A stretch of 64,000 bases of DNA from Eubacteriales bacterium. Its GTDB lineage: Bacteria > Bacillota > Clostridia > Lachnospirales > Lachnospiraceae. A program made the position numbers and the translations under genes. The stretch's first letter is position 1; the number at the start of each line of letters is the position of its first letter. The notes below the pieces were generated by a model. It did no database searches. It was not told the DNA's origin and saw only the letters and a program-made list of their open reading frames with translations. The stretch covers positions 134 to 64,133 of the forward strand of contig JAWXVD010000006.1 in NCBI GenBank assembly GCA_044425705.1, in the 5' to 3' direction. Shown in pieces: positions 40,536 to 49,145 of the stretch.

Positions 40536-41012
40536 ATGAAAAATAAGAGGACAATTCTTTTTTATGGAGTCGTTGGAGCTGTTGTATTTTGTGTTTTATT
40601 AGGAAAAATTGTGCTATGGGGAATCGTAGTTGGATTTGTGTCAGGGATGTGTCTTGATATTTTAATGGCAAAAATACAGAGTGTAGGTGGTAGAGTTTTT
40701 TTGGAGAAGTGGTTTTTAAAATATTATCTACTATTGTTAAAAGACATGTTTGTTTCTGCAATAAAGGTATGTAGGTCAGTGTTTTGTAAAAATCAACCAG
40801 AAATCATGATTGTGAGATTAAAAACACATACAGGAAATAAGGGGAAAGTTCTGGTATCTAATAGTATTTCTTTGACCCCAGGAACGATAACCTTAGAGCA
40901 AGAAGCAGACAGTTATCATATTTTGTATATGGATTTAACTGATAAGAAAGAGGATATGTTGCAAACAGCCAAGGTGTTTGAGAAAAGAATGGAGGAGAAG
41001 GTTGATTCTTAA
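40536..41012 (+). CDS. mnhE: Mrp/Mnh antiporter subunit E (MbhA-like)
   Basis: ..LVSNSISLTPGTITLE.. motif typical of MnhE; ATG 40536 with SD AGGGGTGA. Confidence 0.75.
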   Translation: MKNKRTILFYGVVGAVVFCVLLGKIVLWGIVVGFVSGMCLDILMAKIQSVGGRVFLEKWFLKYYLLLLKDMFVSAIKVCRSVFCKNQPEIMIVRLKTHTGNKGKVLVSNSISLTPGTITLEQEADSYHILYMDLTDKKEDMLQTAKVFEKRMEEKVDS

Positions 41013-41259
41013 AGTAGCTATGTATTTAGTAATTCTTTTTACTATAGTCAGTGTGATTTTATTAATAAGAAGCAAGGAAAACTTTTCTAAGATTTTATAT
41101 TTAGGGCTCCTTTCATCCTTGGTTGTGGTAGCAATTGTATTATATGCTATTACCACAGGACAGAGCATGTATCTTGATGTTGCTATTACGATAGCAATTT
41201 TAGGATTTATGGATGTACAATTTTATGCAGTATATTTGAGTAGAAAGGGGAGCATATAA
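41002..41259 (+). CDS. mnhF: Mrp/Mnh antiporter subunit F
   Basis: Small 3-TM protein following mnhE; probable TTG start after GGAGGAG, overlapping the mnhE stop. Confidence 0.65.
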   Translation: MILKVAMYLVILFTIVSVILLIRSKENFSKILYLGLLSSLVVVAIVLYAITTGQSMYLDVAITIAILGFMDVQFYAVYLSRKGSI

Positions 41260-41561
41260 TGGTGATATTATCGAATATTATGATTGTGTTTTCTATGATT
41301 ATGATGTCTTGCGGGATGATTGGTTTAATTCGCTCAAAAAGTTTTTATCGTAGGTTAGTAAACATTGCATTAGTAGATACAATTGGTGTATTAAGTTTAT
41401 TACTAGGTTTGATTATTCGTCAAAGCAGTTGGCAGATAGCAGGGAAACTGTTATTTTTAGGACTGATTATTTTTTTGATTGCACCTGTGATTTCTCATAA
41501 ATTGGGTCGAAGTGCATATATTTCCCTACATAGAGGAGGTGTGAAAGAAATTCATGAATGA
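41259..41561 (+). CDS. mnhG: Mrp/Mnh antiporter subunit G
   Basis: 100-aa 3-TM protein, position after subunit F, ATGA-type overlap. Confidence 0.7.
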   Translation: MVILSNIMIVFSMIMMSCGMIGLIRSKSFYRRLVNIALVDTIGVLSLLLGLIIRQSSWQIAGKLLFLGLIIFLIAPVISHKLGRSAYISLHRGGVKEIHE

Positions 41562-42066
41562 TATAATTTTACAGATTGTTTTATTAATGATGGTCATTAT
41601 GGCAATTTTGACAGTTGTCTCTAGTCGGTTATTCATTGCTATTATTTTTTCAGGCATCCTTTCTTTATTTTGTGCATTTCTATATGTATTATTAGGTGCA
41701 CCAGACGTGGCATTGGCCGAAGCGGTAATCGGTTCCACCATCGTAACAGTTATTTTTCTTGTGACATTGAAAAAATATCGTATCTTTAATATTTATATTA
41801 CTGGGAATCATCAAGATACTGTTTTTGCAGGAATGATTAAAAAGGTTTCTAAAATATTGCAAAAAAGTAATATGGAAGTACATATTTTATATTCTAATCA
41901 AACAGCAGAAGAGTTAGTAAGTCATCATAATTGTGATTTGGTTGTGGAAGGATTGGAAGAAGGAATGATTCTTCATGGGGAGAAGGGAAATCAATATATG
42001 ATCAATATTTCCAAATGTTTACAGAATGAGATAAAGGAAGGTATTGTGACGATCAAAGAGGAATAG
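41554..42066 (+). CDS. DUF4040/MbhD-like membrane subunit with extra C-terminal soluble domain
   Basis: The N-terminal 3-TM region (LGAPDVALAEAVIG) matches the MrpA C-terminal/MbhD-type DUF4040; about 90 additional hydrophilic residues. Confidence 0.6.
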   Translation: MNDIILQIVLLMMVIMAILTVVSSRLFIAIIFSGILSLFCAFLYVLLGAPDVALAEAVIGSTIVTVIFLVTLKKYRIFNIYITGNHQDTVFAGMIKKVSKILQKSNMEVHILYSNQTAEELVSHHNCDLVVEGLEEGMILHGEKGNQYMINISKCLQNEIKEGIVTIKEE

Positions 42067-42130
42067 TTCCGTTGCAAATCTAAATAGTAAGGTGTTTTAG
42101 TCTACAATAAAAAAAGGAGAGGTATTACAG

Positions 42131-42856
42131 ATGAAGTATCGCAAAAAGAAAAATTATAAACTATTAGATATCAAATATACAGGTTTGATTTTTGTGATTA
42201 TTGTAGCATTTGCATTATTTGGTGCATATTTTCAAAGTGGTGAAGCAGGACAATCTCTTCTTTTTGATGAAATTTATTTGAGAGGACTAGCTGAGACTAC
42301 AGCAAAAAATCTTGTGGCAGGTATTTATCTTGATTATCGATTATTTGATACATTGCTAGAGGCTTTATTATTGTTGGTATCTGTGATTGGAGTGATGCAG
42401 TTTTCACATCTATCTACTGCAGAAAAACAGTTTCCTAATCAAAATAAAAAAATTACTACCATTGAATCATCACACGTGGTGAGAGAATCCTTATTACCCG
42501 TATATATTTTAATAGCCTTATTCGGTCTCTATATTATTCTTACGGGAATGGATGGGCCAGGTGGAGGTTTTCAAGGTGGTGCTATTTTAGTTGCTATTTT
42601 TATCAGTGCACATTTTGCACAAGGTATTACAATATTAAATGTGAATGTTGCGACTAAAATAGAAAAAATCACATATATGTTAATCTTGATAGTAGGTATG
42701 TTTTTTATTGCATACGGAGCAAATTTCACCTATCTAGGACATCGTATTTATTTGATTATAATTAATATTCTAATTGGAATTAAAGTGTGTAGTGGGTTGA
42801 ATCTAATTTATATGTCGTTTATGTTCAGTGAGATGGAGGAAGATAGTGGACTTTAA
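42131..42856 (+). CDS. mnhB: MnhB/MbhE-like antiporter subunit
   Basis: GGGFQGGAIL motif typical of the MnhB domain, multi-TM. Confidence 0.7.
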   Translation: MKYRKKKNYKLLDIKYTGLIFVIIVAFALFGAYFQSGEAGQSLLFDEIYLRGLAETTAKNLVAGIYLDYRLFDTLLEALLLLVSVIGVMQFSHLSTAEKQFPNQNKKITTIESSHVVRESLLPVYILIALFGLYIILTGMDGPGGGFQGGAILVAIFISAHFAQGITILNVNVATKIEKITYMLILIVGMFFIAYGANFTYLGHRIYLIIINILIGIKVCSGLNLIYMSFMFSEMEEDSGL

Positions 42857-43205
42857 TTATGTAGAAATCGTCGGTTTACTTTTATTTTTAATAGGTATCT
42901 ATGGTGTGATTGCTCGTAGAAATATTATGAAGACGGTATTATCTCTTTCCATTATCGATATCGGTGTGATTACTTTTTTCTTGGGAATCCGCAATGAAGT
43001 AGGGGCCAATCCACCCATAGGAGATGGTGTGCCACAAGAATTAATGGCAGATCCAGTGCCACAGGCATTGATGATTACAGCAATTGTAATTGGTGTAGCT
43101 GTAACAGCAGTAGCGTTGATGATGTTTTCAGGACTATATCATAGATATGGTTCTACCAATTGGATGAAAGTTTTTAAGATAAGAAGAGAGGAGCAGAAAA
43201 AATAA
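42846..43205 (+). CDS. mnhC: Mrp/Mnh antiporter subunit C (NuoK-like)
   Basis: 3-TM, PQALMITAIVIGVAVTAV motif; GTG 42846 after GGAGGAAG. Confidence 0.75.
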   Translation: MDFNYVEIVGLLLFLIGIYGVIARRNIMKTVLSLSIIDIGVITFFLGIRNEVGANPPIGDGVPQELMADPVPQALMITAIVIGVAVTAVALMMFSGLYHRYGSTNWMKVFKIRREEQKK

Positions 43206-44800
43206 TGGAATTATATGTTATGATTATATTGCCAATCCTTGCTTCTTTACTTCTATATGTAATGCCTGGAAAGATAACGACCATATTATCAACCTTTGTA
43301 TATGTAGTGGTATTTGGATGCTCGGTGGTGCTATTTTATCAAGCTAGATTTCTAGGAGAAATCATTACTACAAAAACAGATGTAGATTTTTTAGGAATCA
43401 CCTTGTATTGTGATTTATACGCTAGTGTATTCTTGGTCTTGGTTTCCTTTTTATTTTTGTGTATGTTTTTGTTTACAACGGGAAGAGAAAGAACGGATAA
43501 ATTATTTGCATTCTTGTTTGCAGTATTACAAAGTTTAGTGATGCTCATCTTTCTATCTAGAGATTTGTTCAATATCTATGTTGCAATAGAGGTGTCTTCT
43601 ATTGTTTGTGGAATTTTAATTATGTTTAAGAGGGAAAGTCGATCTATCTATGACGGATTGGTATATTTGCTCGTTAATATGTTAGGTATGTTATTTTTTT
43701 TGTTAGGAATAGGCATGGTATACCGTCAGTTTGGGATTCTTGATTTTGATAGCTTAATACAAGTTATTGGAACAAGAGACCCTAGTGAATTGGTGCTAGC
43801 GTATTCTTGTTTGATGACAGGTGTATTATTGAAATGTGCAATCTTTCCCATGCATTTTTGGTTGCCGTTGGCACATGGAACACCAGGAGCACCTACAGCA
43901 GTATCGGCCATTCTTTCAGGAATTTATGTGAAAAGTGGTGTGTATCTATTTATGCGTTTGGAGGAAATTTTTTCTGTTAGCATTGATTTATCTTCTTTTT
44001 TCTTCTGGATTGGTGTGATTAGTTCCCTTGCGGGAATTATCATGGCTATTTGTCAGAGTGATATCAAATTGATTTTGGCCTACCATACAGTATCGCAAAT
44101 AGGTTTAATTATAGCGGGGCTATCTGCTCCTAATGAAAAAGTACAGGCTGGTGCTTTCCTACACATTATCAATCATGCCATGTTCAAATCCTTGCTATTT
44201 TTAGCGGCTGGGATGTTGATCAGTCGATATGGAACACGGAATATTTATAAAATACGAGGTGTTATGCGAAGCATGCCATTGGCAGGAATTGCTATAGTAG
44301 CTGGCATTTTAGGGATTACAGGTGCGCCCTTCTTTAATGGTAGTATTTCTAAATATTTTCTTGCACAAACGGATACGATGATTTCCACCATCTTTTTTAC
44401 CATCATTAATTTTGGAACAATATTATCTTTTGTGAAATTTGGTAAGGTGTTATTTGGAGAAAAACAGGATGTTCATTTTAAATATGATTTTTTCTCCACT
44501 GCAGTAATTATAACCTTAAGTGGATTATGCTTATTGACAGGAGTGTTTGCAGAACCTATGGTGCAATTGGTGTTAGGAATGGAACTTAAAATCGGTATAT
44601 CAGGATATATGAACAAGATAATCATTTGGGCAGTTAGTTTTATTTTAGCAGAATTGGTATACAAATATATCATCAGTAAAAGTAAAAGGATCAAATCAGG
44701 CATTGATTTTACCATTAGTTTTAACGGGATAGCATTATGTTTATGTAGTAGCTTCGTGATTTTAACGGTAATTATGATGTATTGGGTTTGTTGGGTATAG
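43205..44800 (+). CDS. mnhD: Mrp/Mnh antiporter subunit D (NuoN/NuoL-type proton-conducting subunit)
   Basis: About 14 TM segments, FPMHFWLPLAHGTPGAPTAVSA and HAMFKSLLFL motifs of complex I antiporter-like subunits. Confidence 0.8.
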   Translation: MELYVMIILPILASLLLYVMPGKITTILSTFVYVVVFGCSVVLFYQARFLGEIITTKTDVDFLGITLYCDLYASVFLVLVSFLFLCMFLFTTGRERTDKLFAFLFAVLQSLVMLIFLSRDLFNIYVAIEVSSIVCGILIMFKRESRSIYDGLVYLLVNMLGMLFFLLGIGMVYRQFGILDFDSLIQVIGTRDPSELVLAYSCLMTGVLLKCAIFPMHFWLPLAHGTPGAPTAVSAILSGIYVKSGVYLFMRLEEIFSVSIDLSSFFFWIGVISSLAGIIMAICQSDIKLILAYHTVSQIGLIIAGLSAPNEKVQAGAFLHIINHAMFKSLLFLAAGMLISRYGTRNIYKIRGVMRSMPLAGIAIVAGILGITGAPFFNGSISKYFLAQTDTMISTIFFTIINFGTILSFVKFGKVLFGEKQDVHFKYDFFSTAVIITLSGLCLLTGVFAEPMVQLVLGMELKIGISGYMNKIIIWAVSFILAELVYKYIISKSKRIKSGIDFTISFNGIALCLCSSFVILTVIMMYWVCWV

Positions 44801-44863
44801 AGAGGCATAGAGAAATCTCTCTGATTACATTTTATGGTGTAATTATAAAAATAACGCCTCCCC

Positions 44864-44892
44864 TTGACAACATTTTTTTTACAGTATAAAAT
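44864..44892 (+). promoter_or_regulatory. Putative sigma-A promoter of leuS
   Basis: TTGACA, 17 nt spacer, TAAAAT. Confidence 0.45.
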
Positions 44893-44939
44893 AAACAGGG
44901 TGAAAGACCGTGAAGAGAATTATTAGGCACGAAATATTA

Positions 44940-44980
44940 GCCCTTTCGTCTCTAGATATGGAGAGAAAAGGGCTTTTTTT
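44940..44980 (+). terminator. Leader terminator/attenuator upstream of leuS
   Basis: GCCCTTTCGTCTC...GAGAGAAAAGGGC hairpin followed by seven T, located between the promoter and the leuS SD. Confidence 0.65.
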
Positions 44981-45004
44981 ATGATAAACGAGGAGGAAAG
45001 TAAA

Positions 45005-47419
45005 ATGGCAGTACCTTATAATCACAGAGAGATTGAAGAGAAATGGACTAAAATTTGGGATGCAAACCCAGTCAATGTAAATGATGGAAAGAAACCTAAA
45101 TATTATTGCTTAGATATGTTTCCATATCCATCAGGAAACGGACTTCATGTAGGACACTGGAGAGGTTATGTAATTTCAGATGTTTGGAGTCGTTATAAAA
45201 TGTTAAATGGTGGACATTACATCATTCATCCAATGGGATGGGATGCTTTTGGACTTCCAGCAGAAAACTATGCTATTAAAATGGGTGTACATCCAGCTAT
45301 TTCAACTGCAGAAAATGTATCTAATATTAAAAGACAAATTAATCAAATTGCAGCTCTTTATGATTGGGATATGGAAGTGAATACAACAGATCCTGAATTC
45401 TATAAATGGACACAATGGATTTTTGTAAAAATGTTCAAAGCTGGTCTTGCATACCAAAGAGAAATGCCAATTAACTGGTGTCCTTCTTGTAAGACAGGTC
45501 TAGCCAATGAAGAAGTTGTAAATGGAAAATGCGAACGTTGTGGTTCGGATGTAACAAAGAAAAACTTGAACCAATGGATGCTTAAAATTACAGAATATGC
45601 AGATCGTTTACTTTCAGATCTTGATAAATTAGATTGGCCAGAAAAAGTAAAGAAAATGCAAGCTGATTGGATTGGTAAATCTTACGGAGCTGAAGTAGAT
45701 TTTAAAGTGGAAGGCAGCGAGAAAGCAATTACTGTTTACACGACGAGACCAGATACGCTTTATGGAGCAACCTTTATGGTACTTGCACCAGAACATGAAA
45801 TGGCGGCAAGTCTTGCGACAGAAGAAACAAAAGAAGAAGTAGAAAAATACATTTTCGATGCTTCTATGAAATCCAATGTTGATAGATTACAAGACAAAGA
45901 AAAAACAGGTGTATTTACTGGTACTTATGCAATTAATCCGATCAATGGAGCAAAAGTTCCAATTTGGCTGTCTGATTATGTATTAGCAGATTATGGAACT
46001 GGTGCTATTATGTGTGTACCAGCTCATGATGATAGAGACTTTGAATTTGCGACAAAATTCAATATTCCAATTATTCAAGTAATAGCGAAAGATGGTGTGG
46101 AAATTGAAAACATGGAAGTTGCTTATACAGATGCTGTGGGAACTATGATTAATTCTGGTGAATGGAATGGTCAAGAATCAGCAGTATTGAAAAAAGAAGC
46201 ACCTGCTATGATTGAAGCACGTGGAATCGGTAAAAAGACTACGAACTATAAACTTCGTGACTGGGTATTCTCACGTCAACGTTATTGGGGCGAACCTATT
46301 CCAATTGTACATTGCCCTCACTGTGGATGCGTTCCAGTTCCGGAAGAACAACTTCCATTATTATTACCAGAAGTAGAAACTTACCAACCAACAGGAACAG
46401 GCGAATCACCACTTGCAGATATTGATGAATGGGTAAACACAACATGTCCTACTTGTGGAGCTGCTGCAAAAAGAGAAACAAATACAATGCCTCAATGGGC
46501 AGGATCTTCTTGGTACTTCCTACGTTACGTGGATAGCAAAAATACAGAAGAATTAGTAAGCAAAGAAAAAGCAGAAACATACTTGCCAGTAGATATGTAT
46601 ATTGGTGGTGTAGAACATGCAGTGCTTCACTTATTATATTCTAGATTCTATACAAAATTCTTAAATGATATCGGCGTGGTAGATTTTGATGAACCATTCA
46701 CAAAATTATTTAACCAAGGTATGATCAATGGTAAAAATGGTATTAAAATGTCAAAATCAAAAGGAAATGTAGTATCTCCTGACGATCTTGTAAGAGATTA
46801 TGGTTGTGATTCTTTAAGAATGTACGAATTGTTTGTAGGACCACCAGAACTTGATTCAGAATGGGATGACAGAGGAATTGATGGTGTATATCGTTTTATT
46901 ACACGTTTCTGGAATCTTGTTATGGACAATAAAGATAAAGATGTAGTAGCAACAAAAGAAATGATTAAAGTACGCAATAAAATGGTATATGATATCAGTG
47001 GACGTCTTGAAAACTTTAGCTTAAATACAGTTGTGTCAGGATTTATGGAATATAACAATAAAATGATTGACATGGCTAAAAAAGGCGGAATCGATAAAGA
47101 AACTTTAAAAACAGCAGTGACGTTATTAGCACCATTTGCACCTCACTTATCAGAAGAACTTTGGGCTGAGCTTGGAGAAACTGGTTCCGTATTCCATACA
47201 GTATGGCCTGTAGCAGATGAGGCAGCTATGGTAGATGATGAAAAAGAAGTGGCAGTACAATTAAACGGTAAAACGAAAATTGTAATCAAAGTACCAGCTG
47301 ATATTTCTAAAGAGGATGCTATTGTAGCTGGGAAAGAAGCATTAGCTGATAAATTAGAAGGTAATATTATCAAAGAAATTTATGTACCTGGAAGAATTAT
47401 AAATATTGTAGCAAAATAG
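45005..47419 (+). CDS. leuS: Leucine--tRNA ligase
   Basis: HVGH (HIGH) and KMSKS motifs, CP1 editing domain, ~804 aa; ATG 45005 after AGGAGGAAAG. Confidence 0.95.
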   Translation: MAVPYNHREIEEKWTKIWDANPVNVNDGKKPKYYCLDMFPYPSGNGLHVGHWRGYVISDVWSRYKMLNGGHYIIHPMGWDAFGLPAENYAIKMGVHPAISTAENVSNIKRQINQIAALYDWDMEVNTTDPEFYKWTQWIFVKMFKAGLAYQREMPINWCPSCKTGLANEEVVNGKCERCGSDVTKKNLNQWMLKITEYADRLLSDLDKLDWPEKVKKMQADWIGKSYGAEVDFKVEGSEKAITVYTTRPDTLYGATFMVLAPEHEMAASLATEETKEEVEKYIFDASMKSNVDRLQDKEKTGVFTGTYAINPINGAKVPIWLSDYVLADYGTGAIMCVPAHDDRDFEFATKFNIPIIQVIAKDGVEIENMEVAYTDAVGTMINSGEWNGQESAVLKKEAPAMIEARGIGKKTTNYKLRDWVFSRQRYWGEPIPIVHCPHCGCVPVPEEQLPLLLPEVETYQPTGTGESPLADIDEWVNTTCPTCGAAAKRETNTMPQWAGSSWYFLRYVDSKNTEELVSKEKAETYLPVDMYIGGVEHAVLHLLYSRFYTKFLNDIGVVDFDEPFTKLFNQGMINGKNGIKMSKSKGNVVSPDDLVRDYGCDSLRMYELFVGPPELDSEWDDRGIDGVYRFITRFWNLVMDNKDKDVVATKEMIKVRNKMVYDISGRLENFSLNTVVSGFMEYNNKMIDMAKKGGIDKETLKTAVTLLAPFAPHLSEELWAELGETGSVFHTVWPVADEAAMVDDEKEVAVQLNGKTKIVIKVPADISKEDAIVAGKEALADKLEGNIIKEIYVPGRIINIVAK

Positions 47420-47462
47420 TGATAAGGTCAAAACATAGACCAAAGGCAAAACAATGACAAAG

Positions 47463-47539
47463 GCAAAACAGTAACTATTATTCCTTTATAGGGACGCTCT
47501 CGCCACGCCCTATAGAAGGAAAAATAGTTACTGTTTTGC
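47463..47539. repeat. Long near-perfect inverted repeat (~31-bp arms) downstream of leuS
   Basis: GCAAAACAGTAACTATTATTCCTTTATAGGG / CCCTATAGAAGGAAAAATAGTTACTGTTTTGC around a 14-nt GC-rich loop; preceded by a direct repeat AAAGGCAAAACA x2. Confidence 0.6.
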
Positions 47540-47563
47540 TATTTAGGTTATGTGATGATAAAA

Positions 47564-47615
47564 ATGCATTAATTGATGCATTAATATTGAAAATTGGAAT
47601 ATAATAAGGTATAAT
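47564..47615 (+). promoter_or_regulatory. Candidate operator (ATGCATTAAT x2) and promoter of the toxin-antitoxin pair
   Basis: Direct repeat ATGCATTAAT-TG-ATGCATTAAT directly upstream of TTGAAA, 17 nt spacer, TATAAT. Confidence 0.45.
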
Positions 47616-47637
47616 CGTATTCTAAAGAGGTGATACG

Positions 47638-48048
47638 ATGAATTTACATTATAATCAAAATTATACAAAAGAAGAGATTGATGTAATTCTAGAGAAAATT
47701 AAAAGTTGTATTGGTAACAACAAGTTTACAATAGCATTAAATGAAAATAGACAAGAAAACATAGATTTTATAAACGAATACAACATTCGTAGCAACAAAC
47801 AAAAAAGTATTTTATTGCAAGTGAATACTGAAGATTTTTGTCATACGTTACAAAATAAGAAAATGGGATATGAATACGAAGTTTTGTATGTTTTTGTTCC
47901 GCAAATAGAATTATTTAATGTGGATGGCAAAAAAGAACTTGTTGATATTTACACAAAATTTAATGTTATTGATATGCCTAATGGAAGTAGAACTGTAGTA
48001 GTATCTTTTCATAAGCGGAATAAACCGATAGAATATCTATTTAGATAA
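47638..48048 (+). CDS. MqsR-like toxin (putative ribosome-independent mRNA interferase)
   Basis: Pattern ...EDFCHTL...YEVLYVF...IYTKFNVI....TVVVSFHKRNK parallels E. coli MqsR (..SDFYKSM..QDVYRP..VYLKITVI..LIVSFKEK); toxin-first order, with an MqsA-like gene immediately downstream. Confidence 0.55.
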   Translation: MNLHYNQNYTKEEIDVILEKIKSCIGNNKFTIALNENRQENIDFINEYNIRSNKQKSILLQVNTEDFCHTLQNKKMGYEYEVLYVFVPQIELFNVDGKKELVDIYTKFNVIDMPNGSRTVVVSFHKRNKPIEYLFR

Positions 48049-48074
48049 GGTGTATTTTTAAAGGAGGTATTGTT

Positions 48075-49070
48075 GTGAATGAGCGAAAAATATTCTGTGA
48101 AGAATGTAGAAACGATGTATCTTATAGTATTACAGAGGATTACATGGAAGGAACTATAAGAGGTGAAAAATATACTTATTTAGGTAAAATTGCATATTGT
48201 ATTGATTGCAATTCTGAAATTTATTCACCAGAAATAAATGATTATAATTTGAAGGTGTTGTACGATGAGTATAGGAAAAAACATGGTCTTATTTCTTTAG
48301 ATACCATTTTGAAAATATCTGAAAAGTACGCAATAGGAAAGAGACCTTTATCGTTGTTATTAGGATGGGGTGAACAAACATTTTCACGCTACTGTGATGG
48401 TGATGTTCCAACGAAGCAGTATGCTGAAATACTTCAAAAAATATATGATGAACCTAAATATTATAAACAAATTTTAGAAAAAAATAGAGAAAACCTTAAA
48501 ACTGAAGCATCATATGAAAAAAGTAAAAAGGCAGTTGATGCACTTCTTAGTTATGAAATATATGAAAATTCTAAAATTGATTTAGCAATTAAATATTTAT
48601 TAAATCAGTGTGAAGATATTACACCATTGGCACTCCAAAAAGCATTATACTATATTCAGGGATTTTATTTTGCTTTTTATAATATATTTTTATTTTCAGA
48701 GGATTGTCAGGCCTGGGTTCATGGACCTGTTTATCGAGATGTATATTTTAGGTATCGAGATTATAAATTTGACCCCATTGATAGTAATGGGAGTTTTGAT
48801 GATACAATATTGTCATCATCTGAAAAAGCAGTTTTTGAAAGTGTAACTAGACATGTTTGTTGTTATAGTGGAAAAGTGTTAGAAAAATTCACACATTCTG
48901 AAGCACCATGGTTATTAGCAAGAGGAGAGCTACTGGAGATGGAGCTATCAGATAGGGTGATAAATAAGCATGATATAGGGGAATATTTTAATAGAGTTAA
49001 AAGAAAATACAATATGATTAATCCTAATGATATTAAAGTATATACGCGGACTATGTTTGAACAAATATAG
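48075..49070 (+). CDS. Antitoxin: MqsA-like zinc ribbon + XRE HTH fused to a Panacea (DUF4065/SocA-GepA) domain
   Basis: CEEC...CIDC zinc ribbon, LLLGWGEQTFSRYCDGDVP HTH as in MqsA, then ITPLALQKALYYIQGFYFAF...WVHGPVYRDVY typical of DUF4065. Confidence 0.65.
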   Translation: MNERKIFCEECRNDVSYSITEDYMEGTIRGEKYTYLGKIAYCIDCNSEIYSPEINDYNLKVLYDEYRKKHGLISLDTILKISEKYAIGKRPLSLLLGWGEQTFSRYCDGDVPTKQYAEILQKIYDEPKYYKQILEKNRENLKTEASYEKSKKAVDALLSYEIYENSKIDLAIKYLLNQCEDITPLALQKALYYIQGFYFAFYNIFLFSEDCQAWVHGPVYRDVYFRYRDYKFDPIDSNGSFDDTILSSSEKAVFESVTRHVCCYSGKVLEKFTHSEAPWLLARGELLEMELSDRVINKHDIGEYFNRVKRKYNMINPNDIKVYTRTMFEQI

Positions 49071-49125
49071 GTGAAGAGCATCTAACTGGAGTGTTGGGTG
49101 CTTTTATTTATAAAAAAATATAACA

Positions 49126-49145
49126 ACGTCATATAATGACGTCAT
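49126..49145. promoter_or_regulatory. Overlapping palindromes around a TATAAT box
   Basis: ACGTCAT-ATA-ATGACGT, and ATGACGTCAT; TATAAT at 49132-49137. Confidence 0.4.

Noticed and set aside
44801-44980. Canonical T-box riboswitch upstream of leuS
   Set aside because: A hairpin region at 44802-44860 contains AGAGA and TGGTG, and the leader has a GGGTG...ACCGTG stretch. However, a strong promoter lies between them, the upstream hairpin is too short for stem I, and no Leu specifier loop followed by a purine is evident. I report it as a non-canonical leader instead. A covariance-model scan is needed for certainty.
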